A stretch of DNA of 63,124 nt from Acidobacteriota bacterium (GTDB taxonomy: Bacteria; Acidobacteriota; UBA4820; DSQY01): the NCBI GenBank assembly GCA_021778515.1, contig JAJYCJ010000006.1, positions 1 to 63,124 of the forward strand, written 5' to 3'. The position numbers and the translations under genes are program-made. Under the pieces are notes generated by a model. That model was not told the DNA's origin, ran no database searches, and saw nothing but the letters and a program-made list of their open reading frames with translations. Below are positions 10,601 to 16,788 of this stretch, in pieces; position 1 is the first letter of the stretch; each line of letters opens with the position of its first letter.

Positions 10601-10893
10601 TAAGGCATATACGCATTCATGCCAACCGCAGTGTCCACGGTCTGTGGCGAAAAGGGTGCTGGCGCGGGTGGCGGCTGCAGGCTCTGGCCCCATACCACAC
10701 TTCCCCAGAGAATCCCCAAGGTCACGACGAGGAACCGTCCTCGAAGGATCCTGATATTTGACAGATGTAGCGCCTGCCGCCCCTTTGCGCTGACGCCCGC
10801 CAGCGATGCCACGATCCAGCGGAGGTACGCCACCACTCGCGCGCTGCCGCGCGCCGCCTGCCCCTTCCCCATTTCCATGGTGATCCCCCTCAT
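1618..10893 (-). CDS. Giant Rhs/YD-repeat polymorphic toxin with internal carboxypeptidase-regulatory-like, PKD, InlB-B-repeat-like and CBM-like domains; start uncertain
   Basis: YD repeats (YDAIGRITRV, YDGLNHLTQV, YDALGLLRQ, YDPLGRLQQ); core motifs DQVGSVR, YEPYG, YAGQERD, PQSWNLYSYVEGNPVVFADPTG; PKD motif YAWAFGDG. Confidence 0.9.
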   Translation of the reverse strand: MRGITMEMGKGQAARGSARVVAYLRWIVASLAGVSAKGRQALHLSNIRILRGRFLVVTLGILWGSVVWGQSLQPPPAPAPFSPQTVDTAVGMNAYMPYQDFGHGEEINIANGTLVVSHSFGVPLPQNLGASLSPTFYYNSKVSEAAYSNSLQSADLPYGPVGMGWTLSYGRVFERGLADPSGQGLFVREFFFFMDHTGAEHRLYYGSSPYCQNISATDPPHAGWYYTDDSSYIRAYYYDNIANTSDPNNNLWFIYYPNGMILVAGATASNGYIAPQISNNAVSNKFSNGWYVTEIDDRAGNKIAIGYEAFNPPAQPFGGAIAAITDEFGRQVVFDYGSEAGQPFMLLSISAGGTSEVYSYSMVSFQDGHSEYPELTQVTDAVGQRTSYAYASGIPPVDTHLTSITYPTGAVSSYIYASSLPPGEISLIEDDDVATRTLTLHPVDPTGRISGTASNVLVWTFDHNQTENTYLNDTAETRPIPVTDPMGRIEVHYITDGNGGLRAGKELHDLLLAPGTVYSTSSPQMTGCVYRVDKYYSHGDNAQGQGDVHLCYDDSQNPPTPIQQGNPRVREVFEGQYNGSEQLWSRDTSSLGWNGFGTYLFSQTTGTGLPAQTPVEVACRAMTLENTTPDLAASGTDPRTTVYQLDRVVQQDTGTATAALSGVSSESDSELTDPPVSGQQTFNGQFKAEQWTYDSSSSLGLPSSHTSYEQVQASFVFDFTNLDFPNPVQPGGGDQAQAFTYTTDPNDLGNLESEQFQGGDAGHGYTQNFAWESGVVHSEWRTVNTADPTHPEYGYNDFTRTIDSSTSRILSQADPNQLATSFQYDAIGRITRVTPPPGPWGSEAPTQIAYPNPNTIERYKGSGANPELSPGSSTPLPSNTDLYSVTTLDDLGRPWRTDTVMPPASGSGYTWSEKITLYAPWGAAVFQSLPYAYGSVTTTLNPTISGLVETGSTFGMAAPANASGEGYGTWTTPFAGATGAQPFQGTLDPFYRISEVLGPDGSHRDVAYPEIAAQGPTTQVTINDINAAPGSGSGLSGTTTYVRDALGRLLSVSPSTGAQATYTYDGLNHLTQVALASSSGTVHQANRTFTYDALGLLRQAALPEKGTLLYVQYDAGGHLIQFEDAAGRIYTSEYDSRGRAITLSEGGQIWRQWFYDEPGHGESNGRLTRADSENGQIEESWTYNGMSGRLSQASLLLNLSGLPTAGYTASLTYDTQGEVTQETDVRGSAVSVSTNISYNYGLPVAKVFSDGPGITGITYWPSGAVDTLSFANGTSTQFSEDAQTGRLSDITWGTGTGTITEPLWDSGNYQYDGIGDVIAEGADTFGYDPLGRLQQATVYHPHGTGTPVSFQYSFDDFGNLRGRTVSSPSASLPNLTFTPDTSTNRLTSFTANSGTGSQTHTPVYGGGGTAPGNMTNDGVNALAYDPLNCIVAVTPPGGGTPLAYHYDAAGERVAVGNGAGVTYFFRAGSQVRLQENFPSVTNPSQSNAKAFLYIGGHLATSEEGGVGGTGGAYSISGTVTLNGSGLSGVTVTAGSATGTTNSSGAYTISGLANGTYTVTPVLSGYTFSPASASETVNGANVTGVTFTATATTALAASASASPVSGRAPLTVVFTGSATGGTPPYTYAWAFGDGATGSGASATHTYTAAGTYTAALTVTDSANPQASASSAQTISVSAPSSLSVTASITPLSGSAPLNVTYSASASGGTAPYSYSWSFGDGGSSAASSGTYNYLAAGSYPASCTVTDGASHTASQSFTVTVMAATYSIAGAVTLNGSGLQGVTVSAVAGGTYTISGTITYNGSGLSGVTVTAGSASAQTTSSGAYAISGLANGTYTVTPSLSGYTFSPASASETVNGVNVTGVNFTAAKAGGAYSISGKFTINGMPSPSGIPVTLSGAASGSTTTNGGAYSFTGLGNGSYTVTAGQPTGIVITYLKNPKTTTINGSSVTVNFFGSVCRKCSSGTVALTDGTPVAGVSVSAANASASTDATGLYILQPPGGGSGNGAGVEGTIVPSMPGYNFTPSGGRPCDSQHRTQQEFTAVPQGQGAVRGAGRTGAREPQPALAPGRSGLIVEHALAGKVRLPEAGSTGTTGSDGSYTIGGLANGSYTVTPSLSGYTFSPASASETVSGGNVTGVNFTATAAGGSHTITASAGTGGTISPSGSVSVSSGGSQTFTIGANSGYQIASVVVDGTNQGAIASYTFSNVTANHTITASYSAVATYSISGTVTLSGAGLSGVRVTAGAGSGTTSSTGAYTISGLVNGTYTVTPNLSGYTFTPSSTSVTINGTNQSGVNFTATAAGGSYTITASAGTGGTISPSGSVSVSSGGSQTFTIGANSGYQIASVVVDGTNQGAIASYTFSNVTANHTITASFSAVTTYTISGTVGGAVTSGVAISLTGTATAGTTTGTGGTYSFTGLANGSYTVTPSLSGYTFSPANTSVTISGASQTNINFTATSTAQQLLQNPGFESGTSGWTINTSPNSHMVVTTTTAQTTPHSGYYMAILGGGINGGYYSGQTDVVKQTVTIPATATSATLSFWVAIYTQEAGTTAKDYLYVEVLTTGGTVLQTPVTLSNVNAGGWRQEQATISVSSLLGQAVQIRFRAVTNSDAYGTAFILDDTALTVTTGSQVASLARPGGPGEVGRQAGARAVPSGERTAGGESFGVQADGGPGPSPFGRGEGCDGLEQGQSGSMAGEAAPEGAAQPEAALANETVYYYVWDQVGSVRVVANAAGAIVEEHDYEPYGQEMPPPTQSAYALIHYAGQERDDLTGNGTDTMDDMHYRFYGALMERFYSPDDVVGNPADPQSWNLYSYVEGNPVVFADPTGHFGPRPPVAVPMETEDNYLDSTIWQDISIDPLQAAVQMYGQGDSWLQACVNSGLSDSLSMSQLGFTYVETTGTSSYSNGEIQASLYANTGGSSSSGWEFTGDMNAILAGAGSAAAEVGLEHWLSHAPMAMEYGGPLASAVVNSGMTPLGMDARNALSYGAPVAGAAYGLWSAGSYVTSDLWGNAGSAAAWEHGAGGATSTGLTMLLEGGGATLGEVGLLGTTGFAPGAFGLGWAVGAGFRMWMPDAANEAIGNSELWMFEQGGFTP
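3769..4467. repeat. 228-nt intragenic direct repeat (3769-3996 and 4240-4467)
   Basis: Copies offset by 471 nt with 3 mismatches counted by eye; encode TITASAGTGGTISPSG...YTFSNVTANHTITAS. Confidence 0.9.
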
Positions 10894-11059
10894 CTCTCTT
10901 GTTCATCCCTCACGGCTGCTCTCCCGGTATGGGGAGCCTCCAGGCAGAGGGCGCGGGCTTTCCAATTTCTACGTTATCAAGATATGTTTTTTGGCAACAT
11001 CCGTGCCGTTCCGGCACCGGGCGTGACATGACATGGTACACAGAACGGAGTTCCCGGTC

Positions 11060-11250
11060 AGTCGGTCACGCCGACTTCGGCCCTCGTTTAGTTTCATGCC
11101 GCTAGTAGCGGCCCGCCACTGGACCGCGCCGCGAGGGCATGAGCACCGCGTTCTCGCGTCAACATGGCGCGCCACTCCGACACCGAAGGCCACCTTGGCC
11201 TGCCACACGGGCCGCACCTTGTCGGCAACCGCAGGAGCATCGGTAATCAC
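11060..11250 (+). pseudogene. Possible tyrosine integrase C-terminal remnant
   Basis: With one frameshift reads MARHS-TPKATLACHTGRTL..AGA, resembling the box II pattern LARHSTPxLTLxxYTH; upstream RRLRPSF resembles HxLRHSF. Confidence 0.3.
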
Positions 11251-11701
11251 CACATGGGCTCTCCGCTCTCCTAGGCCACGTTCGGACGGGCCTGGAAGGG
11301 CGCCCGCCGCCGGCGTGGTCCCGCGCCCTGCAACCGCCGAGATCGAGGCGAGTACTCTTAGACCCAAATTCGGCGGTTGAAATGCGGGTGGCTTCGACCA
11401 AGGTTCAGGTTCACGGGAGGAGACATTGTTTCTTGGACGGGGAGGGCCGAGGGCTTTCTCCTCCGATTCGCAGGCCAAAGCCTGCCGAATCGTCGCCTTG
11501 CCCTCCGGGGCCCCGCCCTACGGGCAACCCGTTGGGGCCCCACCCCGCCCTTGGGGCTTCCTCCCCCGGATCAAGTCCGGGGGCGGAGGCAACGCAAGTC
11601 TTAACGCATTTCTGTAACGGGTAGCGTCCTACAAGCGAGCCAATGTTGCAACCTTCTGCCGTGTTTGCGGCGATCTCTGCCCGGGCATACTCACAGGGAG
11701 C

Positions 11702-11950
11702 GCGTACCAGGACCCCTTTCGCCTCAAGCTGACGAGCTCGAACTTCCAGCACGGCAACCTCGGCTTCATCAACGGCGTTCAGGTGCCATCGAGCGCGTTC
11801 AAGGGGACCGATGCTACGACAGACCGGATACGGATGGTCCTCGGAGGCGGCAGCCAACTCAAGGCGATGGTGCCCAAGGGTTGGGCGGTCGCCATCACCA
11901 TCCAGAACCCGGACGGACATCAGTCGGCCAGCTTCAGCTTTACGAGGTGG
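11702..11950 (+). pseudogene. Orphan IPT/TIG-like C-terminal domain fragment of a secreted protein
   Basis: Frame reads DPFRLKLTSSNFQHG...INGVQVP...LKAMVPKGWAVAITIQNPDGHQSASFSFTR; no start codon between stop 11615-11617 and GTG 11783. Confidence 0.5.
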
Positions 11951-12146
11951 CGCAACGGGGGGCAGGCCGGGATCGTGCGGGAATGCTCTTCGAGGCGTGC
12001 AGCGGCGGCACGCTGAGAACGTGCGTGGACAAGGGCGGTTGGCTCGGCTGGAACGCCACCGCCTGCCCGACAGGCCCGTGCGCGAACGCGACGACCTGCC
12101 GGGCGGCGAACTCGAACGCGTCCTGCACGCAGGTCGGCCCTAGGTG

Positions 12147-13451
12147 TTACCATGACTCCCCCCTCTCTTCAAGCCCTTCGGGCCGCCGCGGCCTCTCCAT
12201 CCTGATGTCCTCCCGGGTGGGCAGTCCGTCGCCTCCCCGCGCGCCGTGGGGATCACGCGTGGCCGATTCAACTTCGCGCATGAGGTTGGCCACGAGCCCG
12301 CCCGCCTCGCGGCCGGCCATCTTGCCGACGGTAGTGGCCACGGCGGCCTCGGCCCGCCCGGCGTTCTCTTCGAGGCGGCTGGTGATGCGGTCGGGAGTGG
12401 CAGAGTAGAGCTTGGCCGCGGAGACCTCCGTGTGGTCGAGTCCGTGCTGGTCCTTGAAGCTGAACCGGTAGAGGCCGTCCTCGCCCAGCCGGGCGGTCAC
12501 GCCGCGGTCCCGGAGTCCTTCTGCGAAGGCCTCGTGGTTCTTGGCCGGGCGCAGGGCTTCGATGATCCGGCCCCGCAGGTCCCTCTGCCAGGAGTAGCGG
12601 TCCGATCGTTCGTCCTTCAGCCGGCGCCGGTAACCCTCCGGATCGCGCCGGAGCTGTTCCTTCTGCTGGCCGAACTTCTCCAGCAGGCCCCGCCGCTGGT
12701 AGGGCTCCCCGAGCTTGACCTCGCGGATGGCCCGTTGCCTGCCCGTCTCGTCGGTCATGGCGTAGCTGTACTTCCCTCCCCGTATCCTCAGCTCGACGCC
12801 CTGCTTCTTGAGCCGGCCTCTGAACTCCTCCTCGGAGAAGGCCCGGCGTCCCGCCTCGCGGATGCGGTCCTGGAGATCCAGCTTCCAGGAGTAGCGCCCG
12901 CCTCCCCGCTCGGCCTGCCGGAGAAATTTGTCGCTCGGCCGGTGCGGGTCCCTCACCCGGTCCAGCTCCCGCTGGATGCCGTGATTTCTCGCCAGCCGGT
13001 CGTTCACGTCTCGGAGGCGGTCCAGGTTGTGGTTGTCGTGGTGATACTTCCTGCCATCGCAGCCGGTGGCATTCCAGAGCACATGCACGTGCGGGTGCCC
13101 CTTCTCCCCGTGGACCACCACGAGGTAGTCGTGTTTCTGGGCAATCCCCACCTCCCGTGCCCACTCTTCACCGTAGTCCCCGAGCTTCCCGAGATCGGGT
13201 GGCCCGTCCGGACGGGCCAGGTCCCCGAGGTCGTTCCGCTCGAAGCTGATGGCGACGTGATAATACTGGCGGCCTCCCTCCTGCTCGAATTGGCTTCTGG
13301 CCGATTTAAACTCCCGCTCGACGGACTCCGCGCTCCGCCCGGTCACGTTGCCCCCCACGGCCTGGACGCGGTTGCGCGCCTCGTTCTGGTTGAGGAGATA
13401 GGAGATCATCTTGGAGCTGTCGCCTCCGACCGAGATCTTGAGGATGGGCAT
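12147..13451 (-). CDS. Relaxase/mobilization nuclease (MOBP-like)
   Basis: Motif I Tyr (MISYLL), motif II YYHVAISF, motif III HGEKGHPHVH; downstream of mobC. Confidence 0.9.
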   Translation of the reverse strand: MPILKISVGGDSSKMISYLLNQNEARNRVQAVGGNVTGRSAESVEREFKSARSQFEQEGGRQYYHVAISFERNDLGDLARPDGPPDLGKLGDYGEEWAREVGIAQKHDYLVVVHGEKGHPHVHVLWNATGCDGRKYHHDNHNLDRLRDVNDRLARNHGIQRELDRVRDPHRPSDKFLRQAERGGGRYSWKLDLQDRIREAGRRAFSEEEFRGRLKKQGVELRIRGGKYSYAMTDETGRQRAIREVKLGEPYQRRGLLEKFGQQKEQLRRDPEGYRRRLKDERSDRYSWQRDLRGRIIEALRPAKNHEAFAEGLRDRGVTARLGEDGLYRFSFKDQHGLDHTEVSAAKLYSATPDRITSRLEENAGRAEAAVATTVGKMAGREAGGLVANLMREVESATRDPHGARGGDGLPTREDIRMERPRRPEGLEERGESW

Positions 13452-13454
13452 GGG

Positions 13455-13802
13455 TCATCCGAGGAGGATCGTGAGGAGCTCCTCCATGAGGACCCGGAGG
13501 GCGGTCACCTCTTGGAGATCCACCCGCCCCATATTGGCTTGGTGGGCAAGTTGGTTCAGGTTGCCGGAGAGACTTCGGATCGCTCGGTAGACTTCGTCGG
13601 GAAATTTGGGGACGGTCCGCAGGCGGGCGCCCATGATCAATCGCCGGGTGAGGGTGGCGGGCCGCTGGTTGGCGAGGCGCGCGAGCCCCTTGAGATGTTC
13701 GTACTCCTCCCGCGTCAGGCGCACATGGACCCGGTAGGGCCGGAGGCGAACCGATGCTGGAGGATCGCGCGGGATATCCGGAGGAAGGGCTGGTTCCGTC
13801 AT
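13455..13802 (-). CDS. mobC: Relaxosome accessory protein MobC
   Basis: RHH-like VHVRLTREEY and GNLNQLAHQAN signature; AGGAG RBS. Confidence 0.88.
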   Translation of the reverse strand: MTEPALPPDIPRDPPASVRLRPYRVHVRLTREEYEHLKGLARLANQRPATLTRRLIMGARLRTVPKFPDEVYRAIRSLSGNLNQLAHQANMGRVDLQEVTALRVLMEELLTILLG

Positions 13803-13996
13803 GCTGGGACTCCTTTCTGAACGGGGGGCCGGGGCGGAGCCCTGGCATCCGCCCGGAGAGGAGGGGGCAGCCCTCCGGCTCCGGGCGGCAACGGCGCACG
13901 TCAGGGCGCCCGTTGCGCTGCTTGCGCTCCTGACTTCGACGGTCCTCCCAGCCCCGTTTGGGGTCCTTGGGCCATCGGCGAAGGCATGGCGTCCAC
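13803..13996. promoter_or_regulatory. Candidate oriT
   Basis: Non-coding gap upstream of mobC with nested inverted repeats (ccgcccggag...ctccgggcgg; gcaacgg...ccgttgc). Confidence 0.35.
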
Positions 13997-15154
13997 CTAG
14001 GGCAGAGCAGCACTTGCAGGCGGGGATTCGCCGGAGGCATCCGCCTCCGTCCCCCCGTTCAGCCGATTGACCGCCCTCTCCTGGAAATCCCTCTGGGCAC
14101 TCCGGGTCTCATCCCGAAGCTCGATCCGCCCATCCTGGGAGAGCTCCTCCCGGAGGCAGTGGAAGGCCCAGGCGCCGGGGTTCTTCGGGTGCGGTTCTTG
14201 CTGGAAATGCTCAAACGCTTTCCGGGCATTCTGAAGAGTGCAGCCGTGTTTCGCCAGGCAATGCACCTGATCCAGGGTCAGGCCCGAATCGCCCGGCGAG
14301 GTCCTCTGGTGCCGGTCCCGGCGCTGCATGGGGAAATGGGCCATGATGTAGCCCGCCACCTCGGATGGTGAGAGCTTGAGCTCCACTCTCTGCGCGATGG
14401 CCCGCAAAGAGAGCATCTCCGAATCCTCTGCATGCGCTCTTGTCCGTTTATCCGAATCGCCTTGGGGTCGGACCGGCTCCCCGGGGGCTCGGGGAACCCC
14501 GCACGAGGGGATCCGCTCCGCCAAGGAATCGGGATTCGGAAAGGGGGAATCCGGAATCAGGGAATCGGGATTCGGAGAGAGGGAATCCGGAATCAGGGAA
14601 TCGGGAATCAGGAATCCGGAATCAGCCGGGCCGGAACCGTGCGACACCGGGGCGCGTTCGGTGCTGCTTCCGGTCTCCTCCGGTGCCCAGCCGGGGCGAG
14701 TCTGGTTCGGGTCCGGTGCTGACACCAGACTGGTACCGTGCTGGGATGGAACCGGCTCATCCGGTGCCGGCGGTCCTGAAGGGCCAGCCCCGTTTTCGCC
14801 CGAGACCGGAACCGGACCGGCAGGGTGCTGGCCCGATGCCGGCAGGGTGCTCGCAGGCTCCTTGATGTGGGGGTTCTGGTGCCGATGCCAGGTCGTAACC
14901 TGGAGGAGGCGTAGACCGTCCACCTCGTAGCGCTGGATGAACCGCCGCTTCGCCAGTTCTTCCAGGAGGGCATCGACGTCGCAGTCATCGTAGGGAAAGA
15001 GCTGGGCCTTGATCCTTTTCGGCCGGTCCTCCAACCGCCCCTCGCGGTCGGCCAGCGTCCAGAGGCCCGCGAAGAGCAGGCGGCCCAAGGGAGGAACCTC
15101 GGCGAGCAGATCGTTCGTGAAGAAGCCTGGCTTGAGGTTGCGTGAGCGTGCCAT
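13997..15154 (-). CDS. Phage-type replication initiator / replisome organizer
   Basis: N-terminus MARSRNLKPGFFTND..GRLLFAGLWTLADREGRLEDRPKRIKAQLFPYD is typical of prophage replication proteins; internal repeat array. Confidence 0.8.
   Translation of the reverse strand: MARSRNLKPGFFTNDLLAEVPPLGRLLFAGLWTLADREGRLEDRPKRIKAQLFPYDDCDVDALLEELAKRRFIQRYEVDGLRLLQVTTWHRHQNPHIKEPASTLPASGQHPAGPVPVSGENGAGPSGPPAPDEPVPSQHGTSLVSAPDPNQTRPGWAPEETGSSTERAPVSHGSGPADSGFLIPDSLIPDSLSPNPDSLIPDSPFPNPDSLAERIPSCGVPRAPGEPVRPQGDSDKRTRAHAEDSEMLSLRAIAQRVELKLSPSEVAGYIMAHFPMQRRDRHQRTSPGDSGLTLDQVHCLAKHGCTLQNARKAFEHFQQEPHPKNPGAWAFHCLREELSQDGRIELRDETRSAQRDFQERAVNRLNGGTEADASGESPPASAALP
14525..14625. repeat. GGAATC-rich iteron-like array (two 36-bp units plus a partial unit), probable replication origin
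   Basis: ggaatcgggattcggaRagRgggaatccggaatcag at 14525 and 14561, shortened third unit at 14597. Confidence 0.75.
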
Positions 15155-15177
15155 GGGATATCACTCCCTAACGGAGG

Positions 15178-15510
15178 TCACGCTTGGACTTCGGATTCTT
15201 TCACGGTCTCCTCGGCGGTATTCGTGTACACCCGGGCCGCCAGGTAGGCCTTGAGGTCGCTCAGCCGGTAGGCCACCCGCGCCTTCCGGCTCTCCCCGAG
15301 GCGCACATAAGGGATGCAGCCTTTGCCGCCCTTGAGCCGACGCACCCGCAACGTCTGCGGCTTGCACAGGAGAATCCGTGCGGCTTCCGCACTCGGGATG
15401 AGGATCTCGTCCTCACGCCAGATTTTGCCGCGGGGCGATTCCGGGATGATGTCCGTTGGTTCTGAGGGCTTGAATGGAATGAAACTCGGGGGGTTATCCG
15501 ACTTTGGCAT
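15178..15510 (-). CDS. Excisionase/AlpA-like HTH protein
   Basis: SAEAARILLCKPQTLRVRR..GG...PYVRLG....VAYRLSDLKAYL pattern; GGAGG RBS. Confidence 0.8.
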   Translation of the reverse strand: MPKSDNPPSFIPFKPSEPTDIIPESPRGKIWREDEILIPSAEAARILLCKPQTLRVRRLKGGKGCIPYVRLGESRKARVAYRLSDLKAYLAARVYTNTAEETVKESEVQA

Positions 15511-16543
15511 GACTGAGCCTCCTTCAAGTGGTCCTACTGCTTCTGGGAGTCACACTTCAACCGTTCACCGATCGTCCGTTTCTGGCCAATCGCATGCGAT
15601 ACCGAGTTCCGTCTGATACTGGCAGGTGCTGGTTTAACTCGATCTTCCGGTCTCAGTTGATGGAGATCTCGCCCTCGGGAGGCGGGCCCTCCCTTCTGCC
15701 TTGTCTCCCCGTGCCACGCTCCGCCGCGAGACCTCTCGCTCCAAACCCGTGCCAAGGCAGCCTGAAAGGCTCTCTATCGAAGGCCAGCACCGGCTTGGCA
15801 ATGGACTTTCGACGAGAGGCTCCAGGCCCGACTTGCCCTGGGGCGGCCAAGAGAGTGGGCTCCCCTGGAACTCCTGAATGGCTATCATGATCAGCCTACT
15901 ACGCTCCTTCGCATCCCGATCAACGGCCGATTCCAAACCATACATACGTCCTATTCTTCCATTTGTCAAGCTTAGCTTAGTCAACTTGTTTAGGTTTCTT
16001 TATACTCCTGTACACTCCTTTCCAATAGAGTTAACTGAATTCAACTGAAGCACTCTGCTTGGCGTTTATAACGGTGGGTTCAGCAACCCATTGACGACTG
16101 GCCGTCCTCGATGGATCGCTCCCGTCCTCATCGAGAGGGAGTTCCAGGGCTCCATGACACTGGAGCCGGCTGGGGCGAGGCATGAAAAGATGCGGCTCTG
16201 GTTCCAGGGGATTGAGCCTTTCCCAACCGGGAAGGGCGTCGTGGATCGGGGCCGGCTGCCAGGACTCACCTTTCCTACTCCCCTGCCCGCACGGAGCCAG
16301 GGATGGATCAGCCTCCCAAGGCGCTCACGGCGACCACCAAGGCTGCTGCATTCCTCCTAGGCGCCACTCTGAACTGGTGGGTCCGCCAGGACCCCAACGG
16401 CCGGTGGCCACGGATGGGAACCCTTCGATACGCCCCTCGCTCCCTTCGAAGACTTTGCGAATAGAGGACTTCCTGTAGAAGTCCGCCCCTCCTCCCACCT
16501 GGCAATAGATACAACTCATTGAATTATAAGCACTTCCTCCACA

Positions 16544-16788
16544 CCGTGGAGCGGCGGTGGAGCGGCGAGGGTGAAGAAGGCGGTGCGCTCCCGCTCGGCG
16601 CCGGCAGGGCACCCTCGAAAACCTCCCGCAAGAGGTGACGACCCGGCCCGGGATTTTCTCCTCCAGCCACCCCGTCAGCCAGCCGAAGGAGCAGAGCCCG
16701 GTCATAGGAGAGGAAGGCCCCGCCAGGGGTTCCCCGCGGACCGCAAAAGGGAGGGAAAAATTGCTCCCGTGGAGCGGTGGTGGAGCGG
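16544..16788. repeat. att-arm-like module 1: two tandem GTGGAGCGG pairs
   Basis: Sites at 16546, 16557, 16769, 16780; preceded by IHF-like aactcattgaattataagcactt. Confidence 0.7.

Noticed and set aside
1618-10893. T6SS effector assignment for the Rhs protein
   Set aside because: No PAAR, VgrG, chaperone or tss genes are visible in the window
14525-14625. CRISPR array (36-bp unit)
   Set aside because: Units are contiguous without spacers, lie in a coding frame, and no cas genes are present
15530-16540. Short ORFs as integrase or repressor genes
   Set aside because: No recognisable motifs and no consistent RBS or codon bias
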